From NCBI GenBank assembly GCA_013166835.1, contig JABLTI010000002.1, positions 594 to 64,593 of the forward strand: DNA of 64,000 nucleotides, given 5' to 3'. The stretch is from Promethearchaeati archaeon (GTDB taxonomy: Archaea; Asgardarchaeota; Heimdallarchaeia; JABLTI01). The notes under the pieces were generated by a model, which was not told the origin of the DNA, ran no database searches, and saw only the letters and a program-made list of their open reading frames with translations. This document shows, in pieces, positions 48,123-58,096 of the stretch; the stretch's first letter is position 1, and each line of letters opens with the position of its first letter. The translations under genes and the position numbers were made by a program.

Positions 48123-48422
48123 ATGGTAGAAATCTCAAGACCTATGATCCTTCGGATTGGAACACCGAAAGTTGAAAAAGATATCAAAAAAGTACATAAA
48201 TTGCTAATTAGTGCAGGATACCAGAAAATTGAGGAAGGAAAATATGCACATAATGCAGAACCTACACTTTCAGCATTGCTACACTTAGATACGATTAAGG
48301 ATCAAGAAGGAAATCCTTTGGAAGAAGTTATAGAATTAATTCTTTCAGATGCTGATAGTTATGTCAATCAAACAATTTATAATGCGTTGGCAACTGTTTT
48401 TCCACTAGAATTAACAAAATAA
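48123..48422 (+). CDS. small hypothetical protein co-transcribed with the Arf-like GTPase
   Basis: 99-aa ORF starting 19 nt after the GTPase stop, preceded by GGGGG. Mixed alpha/beta pattern, no recognised motif. Confidence 0.4.
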   Translation: MVEISRPMILRIGTPKVEKDIKKVHKLLISAGYQKIEEGKYAHNAEPTLSALLHLDTIKDQEGNPLEEVIELILSDADSYVNQTIYNALATVFPLELTK

Positions 48423-48547
48423 CCAAATAATTGTTCTTTTCTACTGGACTTATCATTTATTCTTTTATTTCAAGCAGAATTTTTTAAACCGAATAGTGGA
48501 AACTGAATATAGAGATGCAGTAAAACACAATTAAGGTCTAAGATAAA

Positions 48548-49561
48548 ATGCCAGAAGAGGATTTCATAATCTCATTAGGTATCGAGAGCACCGCACATAC
48601 ATTAGGTATAGGTATAATTGATTCTACAGGGAAGGAATACAGTGATGTAAAATCCTCCTATATGCCCCCGTTTGGTGAGGGAATTCATCCTCGAGAGGCT
48701 GCGAGACACCATAGTAATAAGGCATCATCTCTGATCGAAGAGGCTCTGAAAGAAGCAAAACTCAAACCAATGGATTTAACATTAATATCATTCTCAAGAG
48801 GTCCTGGAATGGGTCCATGTTTGAGAACAGGAGCAGTGATTGCTCGATCTCTCTCTGGCTTCTATAACATTCCATTAGTTGGAGTAAATCATGTAGTTAG
48901 CCATATAGAAATTGGAAAAATATTAACAAAAGCAAAAGATCCTGTAATTCTTATGGTGAGTGGAGGAACTACACAAATTTCATCACTTGTTGATGATCAC
49001 TATACAATTTTCGGAGAAACCCTGGATATTTCAATAGGCAATTGCTTCGATAAATTCTCTCGAGAAGTAGGAATACATGACCCTAATAATCCGTGGCCAG
49101 GACCTGTATTTGATAAAATCGCTGCAAAAGGAAAAGAGTATTTTGAACTTCCCTATAGTGTGAAAGGTATGAGCGTAAGTTTCTCTGGATTATTAACTGC
49201 TGCAATACGCCTTGTTAAAGAAGAGGCTATATCAATAGAAAATGCTGCTTACAGCTTACAAGAAACAGCTCTCTCAATGCTAACAGAGATAGCTGAAAGA
49301 GCTATAGCCCATACTAGAGCAAAGGAATTATTAGTAGTAGGAGGATTCGCTCGAAATAAAAGATTTCAATCAATGCTTCAAGAAATCTGTGATGATTGGA
49401 ATTTGAAAATGCTTGTTTGCCCGTATAGATATGCAAGTGATAATGGAACAATGATAGCTTGGGGAGGAATTTTACAATATAAAGCAGCTGGCAGTCTTAA
49501 ACCAGAAGAATCTTTAGTTTTACCTGATTGGAGAAGTGATGAGGTAAAAATCATCTGGTAA
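48548..49561 (+). CDS. kae1: Kae1, tRNA N6-adenosine threonylcarbamoyltransferase (KEOPS catalytic subunit)
   Basis: ASKHA-fold start LGIESTAHTLGIGI, metal-binding NHVVSHIE, VSGGTTQ, GNCFDKF, and C-terminal SDNGTMIAW. Not fused to Bud32. Confidence 0.9.
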   Translation: MPEEDFIISLGIESTAHTLGIGIIDSTGKEYSDVKSSYMPPFGEGIHPREAARHHSNKASSLIEEALKEAKLKPMDLTLISFSRGPGMGPCLRTGAVIARSLSGFYNIPLVGVNHVVSHIEIGKILTKAKDPVILMVSGGTTQISSLVDDHYTIFGETLDISIGNCFDKFSREVGIHDPNNPWPGPVFDKIAAKGKEYFELPYSVKGMSVSFSGLLTAAIRLVKEEAISIENAAYSLQETALSMLTEIAERAIAHTRAKELLVVGGFARNKRFQSMLQEICDDWNLKMLVCPYRYASDNGTMIAWGGILQYKAAGSLKPEESLVLPDWRSDEVKIIW

Positions 49562-49590
49562 AAACTAAGTTTCAAATTTAATAATCATGA

Positions 49591-50268
49591 GTGGTTGAAA
49601 TGATAATTAAAGTAGACATTCGCAAACCAAAGAAAGAGACAATTGAAAAAGCTGTAAAGATACTGAAGAAAGGAGGTATCATAGTTTATCCTACTGAAAC
49701 AGCTTATGGTTTAGGATGTGACAGTTTCAATGTTCAAGCGATTAAGAAAATTTATGAAATTAAATCAAGACCACTAGATCAACCTCTTTCAGTAATAGTA
49801 GATAGTCTAAAAATGATTGAAAGAATAGCTTTTATGCAAGAAAATGCAAAGCTTCTGATTGAAAAATTCCATCCTGGTCCTTTAGTGATTGCTCTAAAAA
49901 AGAAAAGTCTTGTCCCTGATGTTTTAAATAAAGATAGAATTGCTTTTCGTATTTCAAATAATGAATTTGTTCAGAACATTGTAAGAAATTTAGGAAAACC
50001 AATTGTGTCAACAAGTGCAAATCAAACTGGCTTTAATTCTCCATATTCAATTGATGATGTTTTGGAATCAATAGCTGAAAAGGCTGTTGATTTGATTTTT
50101 GATGCAGGATCCTTAGAAAAAAACAAACCATCAACTATTATAGATTTCGTCATGCAATCTTCCCCTCAGATAATAAGAGTTGGAGCAATATCTGCAAAAG
50201 AAATTTTTCAAACATTAAAAATAAAAGAAGAATGCTGGGATCAACATCTAACACTCACAAAAGAATGA
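49591..50268 (+). CDS. tsaC: threonylcarbamoyl-AMP synthase, YrdC/TsaC-type (no Sua5 C-domain)
   Basis: KILKKGGIIVYPTETAYGLGCD, PL.VIV, RISN, STSANQTG. 225 aa means the YrdC domain only. Confidence 0.85.
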   Translation: MVEMIIKVDIRKPKKETIEKAVKILKKGGIIVYPTETAYGLGCDSFNVQAIKKIYEIKSRPLDQPLSVIVDSLKMIERIAFMQENAKLLIEKFHPGPLVIALKKKSLVPDVLNKDRIAFRISNNEFVQNIVRNLGKPIVSTSANQTGFNSPYSIDDVLESIAEKAVDLIFDAGSLEKNKPSTIIDFVMQSSPQIIRVGAISAKEIFQTLKIKEECWDQHLTLTKE

Positions 50269-50284
50269 TCTAACAATTGTCCTA

Positions 50285-51268
50285 TTACTTCTTTGCTTTG
50301 TCAGAAATTCCTTTTTCAGTGACGAAGAATACACATTCTCTATCAGGTAATCGTGAGGAATCATACATTCTAGCAATACGAGCTTGATCTCTACCTTTAC
50401 GCAAAAGTATTCTTTGATGTGGTCGGTGCGCCCAAGCAAAACCAAGCGCAGGATGCGGTGATTTGTCAAAAAGACTATCATCCATGGTAGCAATTACTTG
50501 ATTTGTTACTACAATAGCTATATCAAACCTCTCTATCAATTGCTTCATTGTTTCAGCTAAGCGCATAACAGCTTGTTGTCTCGAAACCAATCTATCTTCG
50601 CCAACATATTCTGCTCGAAAATGAGATGCTATTGAATCAATTATGAATAATTTGATATTCCTTTCTTTAATTATCTTTTCAACATTCATTATTAGGAAGG
50701 TTAAATGATCAGAATTGTATGTTCTTGTTACAGCAATGTTATTAAGAAATTTAAGTGGCTTTAAACCATTGCTCTGAGCAATTTGTACTATTCTTGTAGA
50801 AGAAAATGTTCCTTCAGTATCAATATAATATACTCCTCCCTCTAAACCTCCTTGTTCTGGAGGTAATTGAACATTTATACATAATTGGAAACATAGTTGG
50901 GTTTTCCCAGTAGCAAATTCACCAGATACTTCAGTTATTTCTCCTGTGAAAATACCTCCTCCAAGGAGGTTATCTAATTCTGTTGAACCAGTTGAGATCT
51001 TTAGACGCTTCTCTTCCTTTACCAATAAATCTGCAGCAGAAATAGGTTTTTGATCTATCTTAGAAATTGCTTCAGTTATTATTTTCTTAGCAATTTCAAG
51101 GTCAATCTTGATTTTTTCAGATAATTCTTCAGGAGTTAACCAACTAAGAGATTCAACTGTTGAAAATCCTGCAGATTCTAATTTGTCAAGAAGCTCTTTT
51201 GTTACTGATTGTAAATCTTCTAAGTTCTTCTGAAACAAATCCAAACACCTAATAGCTCTTTTTCCCAC
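50285..51268 (-). CDS. radA: RadA recombinase (Rad51/Dmc1 homolog)
   Basis: N-terminal HhH domain (LESAGFSTVESL), GGIFTGEITEVSGEFATGKTQLC Walker A, Walker B LFIIDSI, and NQV...HA motifs. Confidence 0.9.
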   Translation of the reverse strand: MGKRAIRCLDLFQKNLEDLQSVTKELLDKLESAGFSTVESLSWLTPEELSEKIKIDLEIAKKIITEAISKIDQKPISAADLLVKEEKRLKISTGSTELDNLLGGGIFTGEITEVSGEFATGKTQLCFQLCINVQLPPEQGGLEGGVYYIDTEGTFSSTRIVQIAQSNGLKPLKFLNNIAVTRTYNSDHLTFLIMNVEKIIKERNIKLFIIDSIASHFRAEYVGEDRLVSRQQAVMRLAETMKQLIERFDIAIVVTNQVIATMDDSLFDKSPHPALGFAWAHRPHQRILLRKGRDQARIARMYDSSRLPDRECVFFVTEKGISDKAKK

Positions 51269-51384
51269 ACTAGTGTTTTTTTATAGGAAATATCTTCTTA
51301 ATAACTATTTGTGATATGAGGTATAAAATCCCATCTCATACCCTCTAGGTTAAGAAAGTTGATTATCACCATTGATATTCGCTA

Positions 51385-51726
51385 TTAACTTAATGGTGGA
51401 TAAAGGATTAATACCAAAATTACAGCAATTACCATTAGAATAAAAATAATAGTCCATACTATGAAAGTATTTCTCAATGTATCCGGTTTGTCAAGTAGTC
51501 TTAATCTTAAAGAGATTGTAATCACAACCATGATGAATGGCAAGAGAACAATGGGAAAAACTCGTACATTTATTTCTGTTCCAATTAAATTGAAAATAAT
51601 TTCAATGATTCCAACTACTAACCATGCTAAAGTTGCGAGGTCCATAATTTTGATTTCAAGTGGGTATTCTCTCCAAGCTGCGAATCGTATAGTTTTCTTA
51701 GGTTCGGAAATTTCGGTGCTGCTCAT
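51385..51726 (-). CDS. small membrane protein
   Basis: 113 aa with three hydrophobic helices. Confidence 0.4.
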   Translation of the reverse strand: MSSTEISEPKKTIRFAAWREYPLEIKIMDLATLAWLVVGIIEIIFNLIGTEINVRVFPIVLLPFIMVVITISLRLRLLDKPDTLRNTFIVWTIIFILMVIAVILVLILYPPLS

Positions 51727-51823
51727 AGTTATTCCTCACTGTTTATGTTCAGTTCTAGAATCGAATTTTCTTTAATAATCTTTAAATCTTTTTATGGGAT
51801 TTTCTTTTAGATTTTTTAGAATA

Positions 51824-52741
51824 TTATATTTCTCCACCAACTAATTCCCTTCTTTTTCTCAATCTATAGATAATTGTCCCCACAATAACGACTCCGTAAA
51901 ATGTAATTGTAATGCTAAAGATTGTGTTTTGATTAATATTCTTAAGTGGGAGAAGTTCAGCATTTGTATCTCTAAGTTTGAAGAAAACAGCCATTCTCCT
52001 GTCAGTGACAGGTTCTACAAAATATCCAGCCATATAAAATAATACTCCATACCAATCACTACTACCATGTCTCGCATATCCATATAACAAAGTCATGTTT
52101 AGTGTGCTACCAAAAGTCCTGAACATAATAACCTCGTAATATTTGTCTAATATAGAGATGGATTCACTTCTTGTTGTAGTAGAAGTATAATTCTGAATTT
52201 TAACCGTGGAATTAAACGCAAGATCCTGTGGGAAAACCCACATAGGTGTCGGAATGATTTCTTCAGTTCTGTCGAAAAAGTAATCCCAAAACAACCAGAT
52301 GATATAGGTGTTTTCAGTTGCGATATCTAAATGTCGAGTAAGTAAGTCTTCACTTCCACCTGTGGTTTCATTATAGAAATCTAAAGGTGAAACAACTTCA
52401 ACATGGAATTCTCCATAAATATGGGTGTCATCTAGCATTGTTAAATATTCAATGGATAAAGTTCCGGATGCAGCAATAATACTGCCAGTAGACTGTGTGA
52501 TATCATAAAGTAATTCCATCCCAACAAATGGAAATAGTTCCTCATCTTCCTGAGCATTAACTGTCAAAGGGTTTATCTCAACGAGTTTGCTGGTTAAATC
52601 TACAAAGAAAATACAGAGTACGATTAGTGAAACTTTAATGAAAATTTTACTTGGAATTCTTTTTCTAACCAGCATGATATATCTCACATTCACAAATATA
52701 CTTACTAACTTGTCAGTATTTATTGTTTCTATTATTTTCAA
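51824..52741 (-). CDS. membrane-anchored extracytoplasmic protein, unknown function
   Basis: N-terminal signal anchor (IFIKVSLIVLCIFFVDL), a ~220-aa Y/T/F-rich domain, a C-terminal TM helix and a basic tail (VVIVGTIIYRLRKRR). Confidence 0.45.
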   Translation of the reverse strand: MKIIETINTDKLVSIFVNVRYIMLVRKRIPSKIFIKVSLIVLCIFFVDLTSKLVEINPLTVNAQEDEELFPFVGMELLYDITQSTGSIIAASGTLSIEYLTMLDDTHIYGEFHVEVVSPLDFYNETTGGSEDLLTRHLDIATENTYIIWLFWDYFFDRTEEIIPTPMWVFPQDLAFNSTVKIQNYTSTTTRSESISILDKYYEVIMFRTFGSTLNMTLLYGYARHGSSDWYGVLFYMAGYFVEPVTDRRMAVFFKLRDTNAELLPLKNINQNTIFSITITFYGVVIVGTIIYRLRKRRELVGGEI

Positions 52742-52856
52742 GTAAAAGAAAGCAAATGTATTAAAGATTATTACTCGACTTTCCTAACAACTAGGAAGAA
52801 TTTTAACTTTGAAAAACCATTAACTTATAGTTTACGCAAAATTATGAGGAACATGA

Positions 52857-53795
52857 ATGGACCCAATAATTAAGGTGGAGAATGTATCAAAAATATTCGG
52901 TCGATACATATCCCGAGCTAGAGTAACTTCATTACGAGATATTGATTTCACAATCAAAAAAGGTGAAAGAATTTGTTTATTCGGTCCAAATGGTGCTGGA
53001 AAATCAACTTTAATGAAAGCAATAATGGGCTTACTCAAGCCAACAGAAGGGCAAATCTACATTAAAGGTTATAATGTTCGATGGAACCCACTAAAAGTAA
53101 AACAAAGCATAGGTTACTTGCCTTCTGAGTTAGATTTCTATCTGAATACCCCATGTAAAGAATCGCTATTTCATTTTGGAATTTTGAGAGGCCTTCCCAG
53201 AAAAGTAGCATTGCAAGAGACTGATAGATTATTAGAATTAATTGGCTTAGCAAAATGGTGGGATCTACCTCCAAAATTAATGTCATCAGGTATGAAACAA
53301 AGATTTAGTCTTTCATTAGCAATTATTGGAGATCCGGAGATAATTCTCTTTGATGAACCAGTCGCCTTTATAGATGTTCAAGGAAAATTGAAAGTCTATC
53401 AATTAGTACAAGATTATGTTAAAGACAAAGCAAAAACAGTCATCATGTCCACACATAATATCCAAGATGCTCTAGTAATGAGTGATCGTTTAATCCTCAT
53501 GGATAGAGGACGAATAATAGTCGATGGACCAATTACAGAAGTTATTACAAAACGATGTAAGTCTATGGAAATTATCCTATCACAAGACGTTCCCTCTAAA
53601 AAGGAAATAGTAAAAGTTATTGGAGAAGAGGATTTCGAGCTCTCGGGCCGAAAAATCTTGGTACGATCAGAAAATGCTTTGCAAATTAGCACCTCAATTG
53701 TAAATAGACTCCAAGAGAATAAAATCTCGGTGTTTTCATTCAGACCTTTTGTAGAACAGAGGAGAACTAAAAACGATGCGGAGGAAGCAACCTAG
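52857..53795 (+). CDS. ABC transporter ATP-binding protein
   Basis: GPNGAGKST, MSSGMKQR signature, IILFDEP Walker B, STH H-loop, plus a C-terminal extension. Confidence 0.85.
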   Translation: MDPIIKVENVSKIFGRYISRARVTSLRDIDFTIKKGERICLFGPNGAGKSTLMKAIMGLLKPTEGQIYIKGYNVRWNPLKVKQSIGYLPSELDFYLNTPCKESLFHFGILRGLPRKVALQETDRLLELIGLAKWWDLPPKLMSSGMKQRFSLSLAIIGDPEIILFDEPVAFIDVQGKLKVYQLVQDYVKDKAKTVIMSTHNIQDALVMSDRLILMDRGRIIVDGPITEVITKRCKSMEIILSQDVPSKKEIVKVIGEEDFELSGRKILVRSENALQISTSIVNRLQENKISVFSFRPFVEQRRTKNDAEEAT

Positions 53796-53805
53796 GTGAT
53801 GCATT

Positions 53806-54693
53806 ATGGGAACAGAACCTCTTGAACCTCAAAAAAAGAACTTTTTCAGTCGTTTATTTATGCAAATAACAGAAAGAAATCCCCTCTTAGAAATCCGGGA
53901 AACAAGTGAAATAGTAAGATACGAATTCAAAAGAATAATTCTAACATTAAAATTCTTTATTGCCTTATCTTTTGTTTTGCTTCCCGCAATAATATTCTTG
54001 AATTCAATTGCAAGCGATTATGAAGCATTACTACTAGATTTTGGAGTAGATGCATTTAGAGCTTTCAGCGCAGCAGGATTTGTGAATATTGGACAATTCC
54101 TCCTACAAATGATTGGAATTATGTTGACATTAGACAGTTTTGGAAAAGTAGCTGATGATAGTATGAAGAGATATTTTGCATTACCAGTAAGAAAAAATAA
54201 TCTATACATTGCTCATGCAATAACTGCATTTTTGGGGACCATTTTAACAGGACTACTTGGCATAATAGTATTCAATCTAATACTCTGGATTTGGACAGGA
54301 GTCTCGTTAACATTCTTGCTAATAGTAAAATCATTCTTTTTAATATCAGCAGGAGCATTTCTAGCAATATCAATAACCACTTTATTTGTTATAATCGCGA
54401 ACTTTTTCGGTTTCGCAAGTTCTATAGCCATAGTTCCAACACTCTTTATTTTCTATATTATCCCCTTCCTAGTTAATTTCGTAACATCTTTCGCATTTGG
54501 TTTGCCAGAAGCATATCAATGGACGTTTATGTATCAACTGGCAGTCGCAACGGATTTCATGATAGAACCTTTCATCGGACTGCAACTGAGTCTGGAACAA
54601 GTAACAAATAGGAATGCATGGTTAATAATTGGAATAATCAGTGGTATCACACAAATACTATCACTAATTATTTTTGCTGGAAGTGAAAAATAA
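53806..54693 (+). CDS. ABC-2-like permease partner
   Basis: 295 aa with six hydrophobic helices, starting 10 nt downstream of the ATPase gene. Confidence 0.55.
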   Translation: MGTEPLEPQKKNFFSRLFMQITERNPLLEIRETSEIVRYEFKRIILTLKFFIALSFVLLPAIIFLNSIASDYEALLLDFGVDAFRAFSAAGFVNIGQFLLQMIGIMLTLDSFGKVADDSMKRYFALPVRKNNLYIAHAITAFLGTILTGLLGIIVFNLILWIWTGVSLTFLLIVKSFFLISAGAFLAISITTLFVIIANFFGFASSIAIVPTLFIFYIIPFLVNFVTSFAFGLPEAYQWTFMYQLAVATDFMIEPFIGLQLSLEQVTNRNAWLIIGIISGITQILSLIIFAGSEK

Positions 54694-54706
54694 AAGAAAG
54701 AGGAAA

Positions 54707-56128
54707 CTAAATTCTTGGTTTTATGTAGTTAGTTTCCATTAATAGATCTGTTAAGTTACGAGCATATTTTATCTTTTCCGAAACGATTTTGTAAAGCTCT
54801 TCTTCTTCCATTTCATTTCGAGCGATCCCTTGTTCAATAGCTTTCATTCCTACTCGTGTAGCCTCGAGTAAATAGACTTCAGTTTCACTCATTTTGGGTA
54901 TCACATAGTCTTCCTTCAAACCATTCTTCTCTGCAACTTCAACTAGAGCATGTGCAGCAGCAATACACATTTCATCTGTAATTGTTTTCGCATGAACATC
55001 CAATGCTCCACGGAAAATAGCTGGAAATCCTAAACTATTGTTGATCTGATTTGGAAAATCACTGCGTCCAGTGCCAACTACTTTAGCACCAGCATCTTTA
55101 GCATCCCAAGGCCAAATTTCAGGAAGCGGATTTGCACAAGCAAATACAATGGAATCTTTAGCCATATGAGATATCCATTCTTCCTTTATAGTCCCAGGTT
55201 TAGAACGAGCAGCAGAAATTACAACATCAGCACCTTTGGTAGCATCACCAAAATCACCACTAATGTCATCTTTATTTGTTTTATGAGCCAAATCGTATTT
55301 GAATGGGTCATATTCCTTTTGTGCAATAACATCTTGACGTTTATCATTGAGAATGCCTTTTGAATCACACATGATAATGTTATTCGGATCAGCACCTGCA
55401 GCTATTAACAAATATGCAGTCCTAGTGTTTGCTGCACCAACACCAAGCATAGCAATTTTAGCTTGATCAAGTTCTTTACCAACAAATTTCAGAGCACCAA
55501 GAACACCTGCAAGAACAACAGTGCCAGTTCCTTGAGCGTCATCGTGAAAAACTGGGATTTCAACTTCAGGATCATTTCTTAACGCTTCAAGCACTTTGTA
55601 GCACTTGGGTTTAGAAATATCCTCTAAATTAATACCTCCAAATGATGGTTGAATGAGTTTAACTGTTCGGATGATATCTTCAGGATCCTTAGTATTCAAA
55701 CAGAGAGGAACTGCATCAACACCACCCAAGTATTTGAAAAGTAAGCTCTTCCCCTCCATTACGGGCATTGCAGCTTCAGGACCGATATCCCCTAATCCTA
55801 ACACTCGGGTTCCGTCAGAAACGACTGCAATAATATTGGATTTGTTAGTGTGCTCATAAACTTGTTCTTTGTCCTCTTTAATTGCTAAACAAGGAGCAGC
55901 AACTCCTGGAGTATACCACACACTGAAAGCATCAAATCCCCATATAGAACATTTAGGAACAGTCTGCATTTTACCTTTGTAATATGGATGTAGTTTCATA
56001 GCTTCTTTCTCAGGTCTCTTAGCCTTCTTTATCAATTCTTCTTCAGTAACTTTTTTCTCTGTCAATCCTTTCATCTTCTCAGAATAAGTTTTATGAATGG
56101 AATAGCTTGAACTATTTAAAATATCCAT
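54707..56128 (-). CDS. NAD(P)-dependent malic enzyme (short prokaryotic type)
   Basis: YYKGK...VWYTPGVAAPC, VSDGTRVLGLGDIG, VFHDDAQGTGTV, LGVGAAN. The true start may be an internal Met (e.g. MKGLTEKK). Confidence 0.85.
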   Translation of the reverse strand: MDILNSSSYSIHKTYSEKMKGLTEKKVTEEELIKKAKRPEKEAMKLHPYYKGKMQTVPKCSIWGFDAFSVWYTPGVAAPCLAIKEDKEQVYEHTNKSNIIAVVSDGTRVLGLGDIGPEAAMPVMEGKSLLFKYLGGVDAVPLCLNTKDPEDIIRTVKLIQPSFGGINLEDISKPKCYKVLEALRNDPEVEIPVFHDDAQGTGTVVLAGVLGALKFVGKELDQAKIAMLGVGAANTRTAYLLIAAGADPNNIIMCDSKGILNDKRQDVIAQKEYDPFKYDLAHKTNKDDISGDFGDATKGADVVISAARSKPGTIKEEWISHMAKDSIVFACANPLPEIWPWDAKDAGAKVVGTGRSDFPNQINNSLGFPAIFRGALDVHAKTITDEMCIAAAHALVEVAEKNGLKEDYVIPKMSETEVYLLEATRVGMKAIEQGIARNEMEEEELYKIVSEKIKYARNLTDLLMETNYIKPRI

Positions 56129-56232
56129 CGCTTCAAACTATAAAAGAAATATTTAACAAGAAATGATTTTATCAAAAAAAGAGAAATGCTTAAAACAGAT
56201 GAGGAAAAGAACAAAACAAGCTAGGTATACGA

Positions 56233-56379
56233 GTCGAGGTAGCCTAGCCTGGTTTCGGATGTCCATGCGTGTTCATTCGCCAGAATGGGCGCCTGACTCA
56301 TAATCAGATCAATGAAAATCAGGGCCAGATTTGATGGGACATCAGGAGGTCGGGGGATCAAAGCCCCCCCTCGACACCA
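56233..56379 (+). tRNA. tRNA with CAT anticodon (elongator Met, or Ile2 if C34 is modified), two introns, encoded CCA
   Basis: 7-bp acceptor GTCGAGG/CCTCGAC, discriminator A, CCA. D-stem GCCT/GGGC. Anticodon arm CCTGA-CTCATAA-TCAGG, completed only after removing 56303-56340 (the canonical 37/38 position). T-arm GGGGG-ATCAAAG-CCCCC. The D-loop is about 32 nt too long, and the extra sequence folds (CTGG/CCAG and CGGATG/CATTCG). It is not initiator-like (G1:C72, no GGG/CCC in the anticodon stem). Confidence 0.75.
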
Positions 56380-56395
56380 TTAATTTCAATGTTTA

Positions 56396-56900
56396 AAACA
56401 ATTTTCGAGTTTTTTTTAATTCAGAAGCATGTGTGATAGTATAATAAAAATCTAAAACTCAAATTATACGATACTATTCATCATATTGGATATCAGATGC
56501 GGTTTGTGTTATTACGTCAGAATACTTACTTAAAACACGTTTTCTCTCTTCATGCAACATAAGAAATATGTTTTATATGAATTTAACATAGCAAGCTTCT
56601 GAAATATCACTAGCTCTTTTTTTTATACTAATTATTTTGCTTATAATTGGTATCGATTTCTTAACTTCATCTGTATATAGTTTTGTAATAAGCTTGTCTG
56701 ATTTGAAAAATATCTTAGCTATGCGTCCATATAACGTTTCAGAGGCTGTTTGACCTATTTTAACTCACTTGCCTGCTTGAATAATCAAACCATTCTTTTT
56801 AAAAACAACAAGATATTTCTAATTGGTTTTTCCTCTAAGCTCCTTTTTTTTTTAATTTCTAATAGCATTTTTTCTTTGAAAAAAGTCATAACCATTCTCA
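56396..56900 (-). pseudogene. degraded partial copy of the wHTH gene at 58158..58862 (C-terminal two thirds only)
   Basis: Nucleotide similarity to 58158-~58680 is visible by eye over ~500 nt (e.g. TACTAATTATTTTGCTTATAATTGGTATCGATTTCTTAA vs TACTAATTATTTTTGCAATAATTGGTATTGATTTCTTAA). No ORF of 60 aa or more survives on either strand. Boundaries are approximate. Confidence 0.6.
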
Positions 56901-56957
56901 AATAAATTAGAATGTATGTAAGGAATATTTAAGAATAAGTTAGATTACCACATAATT

Positions 56958-57839
56958 ATGAATCAGTCCAAATTAAAAGAATTAACAAGTAAGATCTATT
57001 ATTTACCTTTTGGTGAAAATTATCGCCCTAATTTGGTAGCAATAGTAGGAGCACAAATTACTTTATTAGTAGATGCAGGGAATTCTCCAAAACATGCAAA
57101 ATTGTTTTTAGAAGAATTATCTAAATGTGATATCGCACCCATAAAATATGTAGCTTTAACTCATTGGCATTGGGATCATCATTTCGGATTAGCAGCAATG
57201 AATTTTACAAGTATAGCTCATTTCAAAACAAAAGAGAAAATGGTAGAACTAAGTCACTTTTCTTGGGATGATGAGTCAATACAAAAAAGAGTGGAAGAAG
57301 GAACAGAAAATATCTTTGTGAGAGATGGTATCAAACAAGAATTTCCTGAAGCAAATAGAACAATTCAAATTGGTACCATAGATATTTCATTCACTGAAAA
57401 ATTAGAAATTCAGCTTGGTGATCTCTTTTGTATAATAGAGAACGTTGGAGGAGATCATTCATCCGATTCTAGTATAATATTCGTTCCAGAAGAGAAGGTT
57501 GTCTTAACCGGTGATTGTTTATCTCCAAATCCTTATAGAAAAGACGGCAAAATTGAATATCGAACCGAAAAATTATTTCCTTTGATTGACAAGCTTAAAA
57601 GCTATAATGCTGAATATTATGTCAATTCACATGGTTTACCAATGACTAGAACGACCTTTGAAAAGTGGTGTCAGGAATTTATTTTAATTGGTTCGTTAGT
57701 AGAGAAACAGAATAAGCAATTCGAAGAAATTCTAAGTGAATTAAAAAACAAAGCTCACAAAGAAAACAAAGCTATTGATGATAGTTGGCTCGAAGAAAAA
57801 AGTTTTATTATTCAAGCATTTCTGAATGGTTTAGATTGA
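56958..57839 (+). CDS. metallo-beta-lactamase-fold hydrolase
   Basis: HxHxDH motif (LTHWHWDHHFG), later GDHS and TGDC...H ligands. 293 aa. Confidence 0.75.
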   Translation: MNQSKLKELTSKIYYLPFGENYRPNLVAIVGAQITLLVDAGNSPKHAKLFLEELSKCDIAPIKYVALTHWHWDHHFGLAAMNFTSIAHFKTKEKMVELSHFSWDDESIQKRVEEGTENIFVRDGIKQEFPEANRTIQIGTIDISFTEKLEIQLGDLFCIIENVGGDHSSDSSIIFVPEEKVVLTGDCLSPNPYRKDGKIEYRTEKLFPLIDKLKSYNAEYYVNSHGLPMTRTTFEKWCQEFILIGSLVEKQNKQFEEILSELKNKAHKENKAIDDSWLEEKSFIIQAFLNGLD

Positions 57840-58096
57840 ACTAAAAGGAGAAATGTTTGTGTTCGAGCTATTTCTTCTTTTGAGTAGTTCTTTTGTTTTT
57901 ATTTTTTGGGTAATATTATGATTGAGATATAAGTTATTGCTAGGTTACTTTTTTTAAAGCTATAAAATCTGGAAAAGATTAGGTAATAAAATCGCAACCC
58001 AATTCGAGCTCAACATATTGCTTGAATACTTTAGCAAGTTTACAACCCTTTACAATATACTCTCCTTTATCATTTTGAAAAACGTCTTCATGAAGA

